A stretch of 64,000 nt of DNA from Pseudomonadota bacterium (GTDB lineage: Bacteria > Pseudomonadota > Alphaproteobacteria > Rhizobiales > UBA4765). The notes beneath the pieces are model-generated. The model was not told the DNA's origin and ran no database searches. It worked only from the letters and a program-made list of their open reading frames with translations. The DNA lies in NCBI GenBank assembly GCA_041694995.1, contig JBGFRS010000028.1, forward strand, positions 9,104 to 73,103. Reading direction: 5' to 3'. Positions 54,728 to 64,000 of this stretch are shown piece by piece; position 1 is the stretch's first letter; the number at the start of each line of letters is the position of its first letter. The translations under genes and the position numbers were made by a program.

Positions 54728-55501
54728 ATGGACCGGGTTTTCGGGGGGCGAAAGCCGCATACGTGGTGGCGCTCGTTCGGGCGCGCGGCGCTCGATCTGG
54801 TCATGCCGCCGCGCTGTCCGACGTGCGGTGTGCGCGTTGCGGAACCAGCCGCCCTCTGCGCCGCCTGCTGGGCCACGGTGCCGTTCATCATGCGGCCCTT
54901 TTGCGAGAAGACGGCAACGCCGTTCGCACTGGATGCGGGGCCGGGCGCTGTGGCACCGGAAGCGTTGCAGCATCCGGTGCCATGGCAGCGCGCCCGCGCC
55001 GCCATGCGCTATGAGGGCGCGGCGGCCAAGCTCGTCCAACTCCTCAAATACGGCGATCGGCACGAGGTCGTACCGCTCATGGCGGGCGCCATGCTGCGGG
55101 CCGGGGGCGATGTGCTGTGCGACGCCGATATGATCATTCCAGTTCCCTTGCACCCCCGCCGGCTATGGATGCGGCGCTTCAACCAGGCGGCCTTGCTTGC
55201 CCACGCCGTCGGAGCGCGCGCCGGCAAACCTGTCGCCGTGGACGTGTTGCGGCGACGCAAGTCGACACCGCCGCAGGTCGGTCTTCGCCGCGAGCAGCGC
55301 GCCCGCAACATGGCCGGCGCTTTTGTCGTCCCGCCCAGCAAACGGGGTGTGCTCACCGGACGTCGGGTCGTTCTCATCGACGACGTCTACACATCGGGGG
55401 CGACCCTTGCCGCCGCAACGCGCGCTCTGCGCCGCGCCGGGGCGCACGAGGTCGATGTGCTCGTTTTCGCCCGGGTGACCGACATCATTGCCACGGCGTG
55501 A
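54728..55501 (+). CDS. comF: ComF family phosphoribosyltransferase-like protein
   Basis: CxxC pairs, PVPLH, RRFNQA, LIDDVYTSGAT. Confidence 0.92.
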   Translation: MDRVFGGRKPHTWWRSFGRAALDLVMPPRCPTCGVRVAEPAALCAACWATVPFIMRPFCEKTATPFALDAGPGAVAPEALQHPVPWQRARAAMRYEGAAAKLVQLLKYGDRHEVVPLMAGAMLRAGGDVLCDADMIIPVPLHPRRLWMRRFNQAALLAHAVGARAGKPVAVDVLRRRKSTPPQVGLRREQRARNMAGAFVVPPSKRGVLTGRRVVLIDDVYTSGATLAAATRALRRAGAHEVDVLVFARVTDIIATA

Positions 55502-55515
55502 CGGGTAACCCATAT
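55487..55515 (+). promoter_or_regulatory. RpoH-like promoter of grxC
   Basis: ATTGCC-N16-CCCATAT, ending 19 nt before the ATG. Confidence 0.65.
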
Positions 55516-55534
55516 GTGTCCCCCGGAGTGATCC

Positions 55535-55792
55535 ATGCCGCCCATCACGATCTATTCCAAGTCGACCTGCCCTTACTGCTACGCTGCCAAAGCGCTGCTT
55601 GCGCGCAAGGGCGCCGCGTTCGAGGAGATCGACATCGGCCGCCACCCTGAACGACGCGCGGACATGATCGCGCGCGCGGGCGGCCGGACGACGGTGCCGC
55701 AAATCTTCATCGGGGAGCGGCACGTCGGGGGGTGCGACGACCTGCATGCACTAGAGGCTCGCGGCGGGCTCGATCCGCTGCTCGCGGCGTGA
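55535..55792 (+). CDS. grxC: Glutaredoxin 3
   Basis: CPYC, TVPQIFI, GGCDD. Confidence 0.96.
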   Translation: MPPITIYSKSTCPYCYAAKALLARKGAAFEEIDIGRHPERRADMIARAGGRTTVPQIFIGERHVGGCDDLHALEARGGLDPLLAA

Positions 55793-55805
55793 CGCCGGGC
55801 TGCCG

Positions 55806-56264
55806 ATGATCAAATTCGCCTTGCAATGTGAGAAGGGGCACGGTTTCGAGGGATGGTTTCGCTCCTCCGCTGATTTCGAAGTGCAGGCGCGCAAGCGCTT
55901 GGTCGAGTGTCCCGCCTGCGCATCGAAGAAGATCGAGAAGGCGTTGATGGCACCAGCCGTCCAAGGCACGGATGTGAACCTTGCTCGCACGGAGGTTCCA
56001 GTGGAAACGACACCGGCGCCCGTGGCCATGCCGGATCCGCGGCAGGTCGCCCTGCGCGAGATGATGCGCAAGATGCGTGACTACGTTGTCGCGAACTCCG
56101 AGGATGTCGGCGACAAATTCGCGGAAGAGGCCCGCAAGATCCACAATGACGAGGTGGAGAAGCGCTCGATCCACGGGCGTGCGACGCCGGACGAAGCCCA
56201 CGCGCTGCGCGAGGACGGGGTCGAGTTCGCCCCGCTGCCCGTGTTTCCAGACGACCACAACTAG
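55806..56264 (+). CDS. DUF1178 family protein
   Basis: C..GHGFEGWF, CPAC, KALMAP, FAEEARKIH. Confidence 0.9.
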   Translation: MIKFALQCEKGHGFEGWFRSSADFEVQARKRLVECPACASKKIEKALMAPAVQGTDVNLARTEVPVETTPAPVAMPDPRQVALREMMRKMRDYVVANSEDVGDKFAEEARKIHNDEVEKRSIHGRATPDEAHALREDGVEFAPLPVFPDDHN

Positions 56265-56315
56265 ACGAACTGGGTCATCCGCGGTCTTCTGAACTCTCGT
56301 AAGGGAGGGTTCGAG

Positions 56316-57128
56316 ATGGTCGTGCATGTCGAAAGGAACGGTCCGGTCACAACGGTGATCAATGACCGGATCGAAGCCCGCAACGCGGTCGATCCGGACA
56401 CGGCGGAGGTGTTGCACGCAGCCTTTCTCGCCTTCGAGGCGGATGCGGATGCGAAGGTCGCGGTCTTCTGGGGCGCACAGGGCGCGTTCTGCGGCGGGTG
56501 GGACTTGAAGTATGGCGCGGCCATGGGTGATGCGGCGCGCTTCAAGGACGAGGTGCTTGACCCGCTCGCTTTTCCCGCCGGGTCGCAGGCTTTGCCGCGC
56601 GGGCCGATGGGGCCATCGCGGCTCGAACTCTCGAAGCCGGTCATCGCCGCCGTCGAAGGGCCGGCGGTCGCCGGGGGCATGGAGCTTGCGCTGTGGTGCG
56701 ACATCCGCGTGATGGCCGAGAGCGCCTATCTCGGCGTCTATTGCCGGCGCTGGGGCGTGCCCTTGGTCGACGGTGGCACGGTGCGCCTGCCGCGCCTCGT
56801 CGGCATGGGCCGGGCGATGGAAATCATCCTGACCGGCCGGAAGGTGCCCGCCGAGGAGTGCTACCGGATCGGGCTGTGCGAGAAGGTTGTGCCGACCGGC
56901 GAAGCGCGCGCCGCCGCGGAGGCGATGGCGCACGAGATCGCGCGGTTTCCGCAGGGTGCCGTTCGCGCGGATCGGCGCAGCGCCTACGAGACGTTCGGCC
57001 TGCCCGTCCGCGAGGCCCTGCGCCGCGAATGGGAGAGCGGTATCGGCGTGATCGCGAGCGAAGGGGCAGCCGGCGCCGCGCGCTTCGCCTCTGGCAAGGG
57101 TCGCGGCGGCGACTTCAGCACGATCTGA
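56316..57128 (+). CDS. Enoyl-CoA hydratase/crotonase family protein
   Basis: FCGGWDLK, KPVIAAVEG, AGGMELAL, GVPLVDGG. Confidence 0.92.
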   Translation: MVVHVERNGPVTTVINDRIEARNAVDPDTAEVLHAAFLAFEADADAKVAVFWGAQGAFCGGWDLKYGAAMGDAARFKDEVLDPLAFPAGSQALPRGPMGPSRLELSKPVIAAVEGPAVAGGMELALWCDIRVMAESAYLGVYCRRWGVPLVDGGTVRLPRLVGMGRAMEIILTGRKVPAEECYRIGLCEKVVPTGEARAAAEAMAHEIARFPQGAVRADRRSAYETFGLPVREALRREWESGIGVIASEGAAGAARFASGKGRGGDFSTI

Positions 57129-57130
57129 GC

Positions 57131-57886
57131 CTATGCTGGCGGACGTTGCGCCAGCATCATGTAGTTCACGTCGGTATCGGGCGTCTCGAACCAGGTATCA
57201 GTGAGCAGGTTGTAGGCGACCCCGACGCTGTCGATGACCGCAAGTCCGGCGTGCGCCAGCGGGGCCTCGATCTCCTCCGGCCGCACCAGCTTGTCATATT
57301 GGTGCGTGCCTTTCGGCAGCCACCCCAGCACGTATTCCGCGCCGACGATGGCGAGCGCGAAGGCTTTCATCGTGCGGTTGATCGTTGCGATGAGCAGCAA
57401 TCCGCCCGGCTTTACCAGGGCGGCGCAGGTCGCAAGAAACGCCGGAACGTCGGCGACGTGCTCGACGACCTCCATGCACAGCAGGACGTCGAAGCGCGCG
57501 CCGGCGGCCTCGACTTCTTCCGCCGTCGTGGCGCGGTAGTCGATCGCGAGGTCGGAGGTCGCCGCATGCAGCCGCGCGACCTCGATGTTCGTCGCGGAGG
57601 GGTCGATGCCCGTGACGGTCGCGCCGAGGCGGGCCATCGGCTCGCTCAACAGGCCGCCGCCGCAGCCGATGTCGAGGATCGTCAAGCCGTCGAAGGGGCG
57701 GTTGATCGCGCCGTCGCGCGCGAAATGGGCAAGAACGACACGTCGAATGTAGCGCAGGCGCACCGGATTGAACTTGTGCAACGGCCGGAACTTGCCGTGC
57801 GGGTTCCACCATTCGGCGGCAAGGCGCGAGAAGCGGTTGACCTCGGTTGGATCGACGCTCGTCGCGGTCTTCGTTTCGCTCGTCAT
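57131..57886 (-). CDS. ubiG: Ubiquinone biosynthesis O-methyltransferase
   Basis: WW...[25 protein letters not shown]. Confidence 0.96.
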   Translation of the reverse strand: MTSETKTATSVDPTEVNRFSRLAAEWWNPHGKFRPLHKFNPVRLRYIRRVVLAHFARDGAINRPFDGLTILDIGCGGGLLSEPMARLGATVTGIDPSATNIEVARLHAATSDLAIDYRATTAEEVEAAGARFDVLLCMEVVEHVADVPAFLATCAALVKPGGLLLIATINRTMKAFALAIVGAEYVLGWLPKGTHQYDKLVRPEEIEAPLAHAGLAVIDSVGVAYNLLTDTWFETPDTDVNYMMLAQRPPA

Positions 57887-58032
57887 ATCTCGCCTCGGCT
57901 GTTCTGAGCCGACGTCGCGCCGCTCGCCTGGTCTTGTCAAGGCGACGAGGTGTTGCGATCGGCGGCGTCTCTCGCTATCAGGCCGCTCGTTGTCACGTCC
58001 GAGGCCCGCCTCGGTTTCCTCTCCGAGGCAGT

Positions 58033-59268
58033 ATGGCCCGTCTCGTTCTCAAGTTCGGCGGCACGTCGGTCGCGAACATCGATCGCATCCGCAACGTTGC
58101 GCGCCATGTGAAACGCGAGGTCGATGCCGGCCACGAAGTCGTCGTCGTCGTCTCGGCGATGTCGGGCAAGACCAACGAACTCGTCGGATGGGTGAAAGAG
58201 GCTTCCGAGCTTTACGATCCTCGCGAATACGACGCGGTCGTCGCCTCGGGCGAACAGGTCACCTCCGGCCTTCTCGCCATCGTGTTGCAGGCGATGGGCG
58301 TGAAGGCGCGCTCCTGGCAGGGCTGGCAGATTCCGATCCGCACGGATGCCGGGCACGGATCGGCCGCGATCACGGAGATCGACGGTGCGAATCTGACCGC
58401 GTCGTTGGCGCGCGACGGCGTCGCCGTCGTCGCGGGATTTCAGGGTGTCGGGCCCGACGATCGCATCTCCACGCTTGGGCGCGGCGGCTCGGATACGTCG
58501 GCTGTTGCCCTCGCCGCGGCGGTGAAGGCCGATCGATGTGACATCTACACCGACGTCGATGGCGTCTACACGACCGATCCGCGCATCGTGGCCAAGGCGC
58601 GGCGGATGGAGCGCATCTCCTACGAGGAGATGCTGGAGATGGCTTCGCTCGGCGCCAAGGTTCTGCAGGTACGCTCGGTCGAGATGGCCATGGTGCATCG
58701 CGTCCCGGTCTATGTGCGGTCCTCCTTCGACCCGCCGGATGCGAAGAGCTGGCACGGCACGCTCGTTTGCGACGAGGATGAGATCATGGAAAACCAGGTT
58801 GTCTCGGGCATCGCCTATTCGAAGGACGAGGCCAAGATCACGCTGCTCGGCGTGGCCGACAAGCCGGGCGTCGCGGCGAGCGTCTTCGGGCCGCTCGCCG
58901 ATGCGGCGATCAATGTTGACATGATCGTGCAGAACGTGTCGTCGGACGGGAAGACGACGGACATCACCTTCACCGTTCCGGCTGCCGAGTTCGCACGCGC
59001 GATGGAGCTCATCACGTCGCAGAAGGACAACATCGGCTATCGGGAGCTGCGCGGCGACACCGACGTCGTGAAGGTCTCGGCCATCGGTGTCGGCATGCGC
59101 ACCCATGCCGGCGTCGCCGCCAAGATGTTCCGCGCGCTCGCCGAGCGCGGCATCAATATCCAGGCGATCACCACGTCCGAGATCAAGATCTCGATCCTGA
59201 TCGATGCCGCCTATACCGAGCTTGCCGTGCGCACGCTCCACTCGCTCTACGGCCTGGATAAAGGCTGA
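58033..59268 (+). CDS. lysC: Aspartate kinase
   Basis: [20 protein letters not shown], two ACT domains. Confidence 0.97.
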   Translation: MARLVLKFGGTSVANIDRIRNVARHVKREVDAGHEVVVVVSAMSGKTNELVGWVKEASELYDPREYDAVVASGEQVTSGLLAIVLQAMGVKARSWQGWQIPIRTDAGHGSAAITEIDGANLTASLARDGVAVVAGFQGVGPDDRISTLGRGGSDTSAVALAAAVKADRCDIYTDVDGVYTTDPRIVAKARRMERISYEEMLEMASLGAKVLQVRSVEMAMVHRVPVYVRSSFDPPDAKSWHGTLVCDEDEIMENQVVSGIAYSKDEAKITLLGVADKPGVAASVFGPLADAAINVDMIVQNVSSDGKTTDITFTVPAAEFARAMELITSQKDNIGYRELRGDTDVVKVSAIGVGMRTHAGVAAKMFRALAERGINIQAITTSEIKISILIDAAYTELAVRTLHSLYGLDKG

Positions 59269-59270
59269 AC

Positions 59271-60029
59271 TCACGTCTCCAGCGCCGTCAGCCCCGCTGC
59301 TGCGAAGCCGCCATCGACGGCGATCGCCTGGCCGGTGACGAAGCTCGAAGCTTCCTCATCCAAGAGGAAGGTGACGAGGCCCGTGATTTCGCGCGGCTCG
59401 GCGTAGCGGCGTTGTGGGACATGGTCGATCCAGGCCTTGCGCGTCGCCGCATCGTGCATCGTGCGCACGAGCGGCGTGTCGACGGGCCCGGGGCACACCG
59501 CGTTGGCGCGGATGCTGTAGCGTGCGAGGTCGACGGCCATAACCTGGGTCAAATTGATGACCGCCGCCTTCGAGGAGCCATAGGCTGCGCGACCCTTTGA
59601 TCCGCGCAAGCCGGCGACCGAGGCGATGGTGACGAGCGAGCCCCCGCCCGTCGCCCTCATGACGCGCGCCGCGGTCCGGCAGACCAAGAAGGTGCCGAGG
59701 ACGTTCACGTCGTGGATGCGCCGGAAGCGGTCTGCCGGGGTGTCGAGAAACGGAACATCCGCCGCGATCCCGGCTGCCGTCACGACGCCGACGAGCCTTC
59801 CGGCCGCGGCGATTCGATCAATCCAAGCCTCTATGGCAACCTCGTCGGTGACGTCGAGCGTGGTGCCATCGACTGAACCCTGGGGGGCCAGTTGCCGCTC
59901 GGCGGCATCTAGAGCCCCGGCATTCTGGTCCGCGATCGCAACCCCCCATCCCTTGGCAAGGCATGCCTCCGCAATGGCGAAACCTATTCCGGATGCTCCC
60001 CCCGTGATCGCGACAAAGCCTTCACGCAT
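59271..60029 (-). CDS. SDR family oxidoreductase
   Basis: TGGASGIG, YGSSK, VDGG. Confidence 0.9.
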   Translation of the reverse strand: MREGFVAITGGASGIGFAIAEACLAKGWGVAIADQNAGALDAAERQLAPQGSVDGTTLDVTDEVAIEAWIDRIAAAGRLVGVVTAAGIAADVPFLDTPADRFRRIHDVNVLGTFLVCRTAARVMRATGGGSLVTIASVAGLRGSKGRAAYGSSKAAVINLTQVMAVDLARYSIRANAVCPGPVDTPLVRTMHDAATRKAWIDHVPQRRYAEPREITGLVTFLLDEEASSFVTGQAIAVDGGFAAAGLTALET

Positions 60030-60221
60030 CGCGGAAAACTCCTGTGTTTTGACGAGTTGAGCCGAAGCCCGACGGGTCTGCAAGGAGAGGCCATGGCGCC
60101 CAATCTCTCGCCCTTTGCAAAGGTGCGCCGCGCCTTATAGGAAGGACCACGAAGACAAAATCATCTGCTGCGCTGCGGCGGATGGGGCACCGGCAGTGCC
60201 CAGAAGATCGTGAGCCCACCG

Positions 60222-62489
60222 ATGCGGATCTCCCTCGGCGGGCCGCGCGTGTTGCTGCGCCGGCTTCGCGAGGTGATGTCGGAGCCGGTCAGTGCGCAGG
60301 AGCGGCTCGACAAGATCGTCGTACTGATCGCGGCCAACATGGTGGCCGAGGTCTGCTCGGTCTACGTGCTGCGCGCCGACGGACAACTCGAGCTCTATGC
60401 GACCGAAGGCTTGAATCGCAGCCAGGTTCACCTGGTGCAGCTCAGGGTGGGCGAAGGTCTGGTCGGCACGGTCGCCAAGGACGCGAAGCCGCTGGCGCTC
60501 GCCAATGCGCAGGCGCATCCCACCTTCAAGTTCTTCCCCGAACTCGGCGAAGAAGTGTACCACGCCTTCGTAGGCGTCCCAATCCTGCGCGCTGGCGACA
60601 CGCTCGGCGTGCTCGTCGTGCAGAACAAGGCGCATCGCCTCTATTCGGAGGAAGAGGTCGAGGCGCTGCAGACGGTCTCGCTCGTCCTCGCCGAAATGAT
60701 CGCCTCGGGCGAGCTGCAGGCGATCGCGCGGCCCGGCACGCTCCTCGCGGCCCGGCGTCCGCATCATCTGAGCGGGCTCGGCCTCACCGACGCCGTCGGC
60801 CTCGGTCACGTCGTGCTGCACGAGCCCCGCGTCATCATCAAGGCGCTGGTTGCGGAGAACGTGCCCGAAGAACTCCTGCGCCTCGACATGGCGATCGACG
60901 CGCTCAAGGCCCAGATCGACAACATGCTGACGCGCACGGAATTGAAGAGCGCGGGCGAGCACCGCGACGTACTCGAAGCTTATCGCATGTTCGCGAACGA
61001 CCGCGGCTGGGCGCAGAAGTTGCGCGATGCGGTCAAAGACGGCCTCACCGCCGAGGGTGCTGTCGAGAAGGTGCAGAACGACACGCGCGCACGCATGCTG
61101 CGCGTGCACGATCCCTATCTGAGGGAACGCCTGCACGACATGGACGATCTCGCCAACCGGCTGCTGCGGCAGCTCACCGGCGAGCCTGCGACCTCGGCCA
61201 AGGTCGATCTGCCGAAGGATGCGATCATCGTCGCCCGCAACATGGGACCGGCGGAACTCCTCGACTATGATCGCGAGCGGCTGCGCGGCCTGGTCCTCGA
61301 GGAAGGATCGGCGACGAGTCACGTGACGATCGTTGCGCGCGCCCTCGGCATTGCGATGGTCGGCCAGGTCGAGAACATCACGACGCTCGTCGAGCCTGGT
61401 GATTCGATCATCGTGGACGGATCGTCCGGCGAGACGCATGTTCGTCCGCCGCCGGAAGTCGAAAGCGCCTATGCGGAGAAAGTTCGCCTTCGGGCCCGCC
61501 GGCAGCAGGTCTACCGCGAATTGCGGGACAAGCCGGCCAAGACCCGCGACGGGACGCCGATCAAGCTGTTGTTGAACGTAGGGCTTCTCGTCGATCTGCC
61601 GCATCTGCGCGAGACCGGCGCCCACGGCATCGGCCTGTTCCGCACCGAACTCCAGTTCATGGTGGCGGCGACGTTCCCGCGCATTTCCGAGCAGTTCGAG
61701 CTGTACAAGCGCGTGCTCGATGCGGCGGGGGATGACCCCGTCACCTTCCGTTCGCTCGACATCGGTGGCGATAAGATCCTCCCCTACATGGAAGCGGAGC
61801 AGGAAGAGAACCCCGCGCTCGGTTGGCGCGCGATCCGCCTGACGCTCGATCGGCCCGGGCTCTTGCGCAGCCAGATCCGTGCCCTCTTGATGGCCGCGCG
61901 GGGCCGGGAATTGCGCTTGATGTTTCCGATGATCTCCGACGTGTCGGAGTTCGACGCAGCCAAGGCTCTGGTCGACCGCGAGTTGCGGTTCTTGAACCGT
62001 CACGGCCATGAAGCGCCGCTCTCCATCAGGCTCGGAGCCATGATCGAGGTACCGGCGATCCTCTGGCAGCTCGAGGCGCTGGTGCGGCGCGTCGACTTCC
62101 TGTCCGTCGGTTCGAATGACCTCTTGCAGTTCTTCTTCGCGGCCGACCGCGGCAATGCCAAGATCGCCAATCGCTTCGACGCGCTGTCTCAGCCCGTTCT
62201 GCGCGCCTTGAAGTACATCGCGGATACCGCATCGGCCGGGCACGTGCCGGTAACGGTCTGCGGTGAACTTGCCGGCAAACCCCTTGAAGCAATCACCCTC
62301 CTGGGTCTCGGCTTCCGTTCGATTTCCATGTCGCCGGCATCAATCGGGCCGGTGAAGGCCGCGCTCACCGCGCTCGACCTCAACGAGCTGCGTGACTTCC
62401 TCTATCCCCTTCTCCACGATTCCGAGCCGATACCGGACCTGCGTCGGCGACTGCACGTTTTCGCCGAAACCCACGGAATTGCCGTCTAG
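60222..62489 (+). CDS. ptsP: PTS enzyme I-Ntr (GAF plus EI)
   Basis: GAF domain, TSHV phospho-His, [18 protein letters not shown]. Confidence 0.96.
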   Translation: MRISLGGPRVLLRRLREVMSEPVSAQERLDKIVVLIAANMVAEVCSVYVLRADGQLELYATEGLNRSQVHLVQLRVGEGLVGTVAKDAKPLALANAQAHPTFKFFPELGEEVYHAFVGVPILRAGDTLGVLVVQNKAHRLYSEEEVEALQTVSLVLAEMIASGELQAIARPGTLLAARRPHHLSGLGLTDAVGLGHVVLHEPRVIIKALVAENVPEELLRLDMAIDALKAQIDNMLTRTELKSAGEHRDVLEAYRMFANDRGWAQKLRDAVKDGLTAEGAVEKVQNDTRARMLRVHDPYLRERLHDMDDLANRLLRQLTGEPATSAKVDLPKDAIIVARNMGPAELLDYDRERLRGLVLEEGSATSHVTIVARALGIAMVGQVENITTLVEPGDSIIVDGSSGETHVRPPPEVESAYAEKVRLRARRQQVYRELRDKPAKTRDGTPIKLLLNVGLLVDLPHLRETGAHGIGLFRTELQFMVAATFPRISEQFELYKRVLDAAGDDPVTFRSLDIGGDKILPYMEAEQEENPALGWRAIRLTLDRPGLLRSQIRALLMAARGRELRLMFPMISDVSEFDAAKALVDRELRFLNRHGHEAPLSIRLGAMIEVPAILWQLEALVRRVDFLSVGSNDLLQFFFAADRGNAKIANRFDALSQPVLRALKYIADTASAGHVPVTVCGELAGKPLEAITLLGLGFRSISMSPASIGPVKAALTALDLNELRDFLYPLLHDSEPIPDLRRRLHVFAETHGIAV

Positions 62490-62491
62490 CC

Positions 62492-63562
62492 ATGATTGCC
62501 GCCGACAAGCTGTCCGGGCTCGTTGCCCGCTTCGATGACCTGTCGCGCCGACTGGCTGAAGGCGCCACAGGGGAGGCTTTCGTGCAATTGTCGCGTGACT
62601 ATGCCGAGATCGAGCCCGCGGCGATTGCGGCGCGCGATCTTCTCGCGGCGCGGCGGGAGCTGGATGAGGCTTCTGCACTCGCCGTCGACGCGACGAGCGA
62701 TCCGGAGATGAAGGCGATCGCGCTGGAGGAGATGGCCGCGCTCAAGCCGCGCATCGAGGAACTGGAACGGCATCTCGCCGTGCTGTTCCTGCCGAAGGAT
62801 GCTGCCGACGAAAAAAGCGCCATCCTCGAAGTGCGCGCCGGTACCGGCGGTGACGAGGCCGCACTCTTCGCGGGTGATCTGTTCCGCATGTACGAGCGCT
62901 ACGCCGCGCTGCATCGCTGGCAGGTCGAAGTCCTGTCCGTGTCCGAGGGCACGGTCGGCGGCGTCAAGGAAGTCATCGCCTCGATCACGGGGAAGGGCGT
63001 CTTCGCGCGGCTGAAGTTCGAATCCGGCGTTCATCGCGTACAGCGCGTGCCGACGACCGAAGCCTCGGGTCGCATCCACACCTCGGCTGCGACCGTCGCG
63101 GTTCTTCCCGAGGTCGAAGAGGTCGATATTGCGATCGATGACAGGGACCTCAAGATCGAGACCATGCGCGCGGGCGGCGCCGGTGGTCAGCACGTCAACA
63201 AGACCGAGAGCGCCATCCGCATCACCCACCTGCCGACGGGAATCACCGTCGTCCAGCAGGACGAACGTTCACAGCACCGCAACAAGGCGACGGCGATGAA
63301 GATCTTGCGTGCGCGCCTCTTCGATCTCGAGCGATCGAAGCGCGATGCGGCCCGCGCCGCCGACCGGCGCGGCCAGGTCGGTTCAGGCGATCGCTCGGAA
63401 CGCATCCGCACCTACAATTTCCCGCAGGGCCGAGTAACCGATCACCGCATCGACCTCACCCTGTACAAGCTTGATCGTGTCCTTGCCGGGGATGCGCTCG
63501 ACGAGTTGATCGACGCTCTGATCGCCGAGCATCAAGCGGCGCTTCTTGCGGCAAGCGCATGA
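62492..63562 (+). CDS. prfA: Peptide chain release factor 1
   Basis: QRVPTTE (PxT), [15 protein letters not shown]. Confidence 0.97.
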   Translation: MIAADKLSGLVARFDDLSRRLAEGATGEAFVQLSRDYAEIEPAAIAARDLLAARRELDEASALAVDATSDPEMKAIALEEMAALKPRIEELERHLAVLFLPKDAADEKSAILEVRAGTGGDEAALFAGDLFRMYERYAALHRWQVEVLSVSEGTVGGVKEVIASITGKGVFARLKFESGVHRVQRVPTTEASGRIHTSAATVAVLPEVEEVDIAIDDRDLKIETMRAGGAGGQHVNKTESAIRITHLPTGITVVQQDERSQHRNKATAMKILRARLFDLERSKRDAARAADRRGQVGSGDRSERIRTYNFPQGRVTDHRIDLTLYKLDRVLAGDALDELIDALIAEHQAALLAASA

Positions 63563-64000
63563 GCGATCGCGTCGCGCTCCAGGCTGGATTGACGACCCGG
63601 GCAGCTTTCGAGCGTGTCCGCGTGGCGCTTCGCGCGGCTGGATTCGATACACCGGAGCTTGATGCGCGCGTGCTGACGGCCGCGGCTCTCGCCATCGCGC
63701 CGCAGAATCTGCTGTTGACGGAGCAGCGCGTGCTCGATGCGCGTGAGGCCCGCACCTTAGCTGCGTTCGCGCATCGTCGGCTGGCGCACGAACCGGTGGC
63801 GCGGATTGTCGGTGTCAGAGCGTTCTGGCACCTGACGCTTGCCATCGGGCCGTCGACCTTGGTGCCGCGGCCCGACACGGAAACGGTGGTCGAAACCGCC
63901 CTCGACCACATGCGCGGGACCCGTGGACTCGATACGCCGTGGCGTATCGCCGATCTCGGCACCGGCTCCGGCGCGATCCTCTTGGCCTTGCTGTCGGAAG
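63559..64000 (+). CDS. prmC: Release factor glutamine methyltransferase (partial, runs off window)
   Basis: [31 protein letters not shown]; ATGA overlap with prfA. Confidence 0.93.
   Translation, partial: MSDRVALQAGLTTRAAFERVRVALRAAGFDTPELDARVLTAAALAIAPQNLLLTEQRVLDAREARTLAAFAHRRLAHEPVARIVGVRAFWHLTLAIGPSTLVPRPDTETVVETALDHMRGTRGLDTPWRIADLGTGSGAILLALLSE

Overview
GC-rich core chromosomal segment of an alphaproteobacterium, most likely Hyphomicrobiales/Rhizobiales, judged from the acpXL lipid A cluster, the secA insert and conserved gene order. I found about 70 CDS and one tRNA-Ala(CGC), and no IS, prophage or CRISPR array. The main blocks are: ppa/folD/yggT; a very-long-chain fatty acid (VLCFA) lipid A cluster (acpXL-fabZXL-fabF2XL-fabF1XL-[extra fabG-like]-adhA2XL-lpxXL); zapE-mdh-sucC-[RHH/PIN toxin-antitoxin]-sucD-sucA-sucB-lpdA; xerC, a J-domain gene/bolA, two convergent CorC/HlyC paralogues, aroB/aroK, xerD and accA; tdk and sbtA/sbtB-like genes; an uncharacterised three-gene coiled-coil/membrane operon (43598-47226); secA, PPIase, argJ, mutT, flp, comF, grxC, ubiG, lysC, ptsP, prfA and a partial prmC. 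The best candidate for an undescribed system is the 43.6-47.2 kb operon: a TelA-like protein, a DUF6384-like membrane protein and a Gly-tailed coiled-coil protein, with an RpoH-like promoter. All family assignments come from motif recognition by eye, not from database searches.
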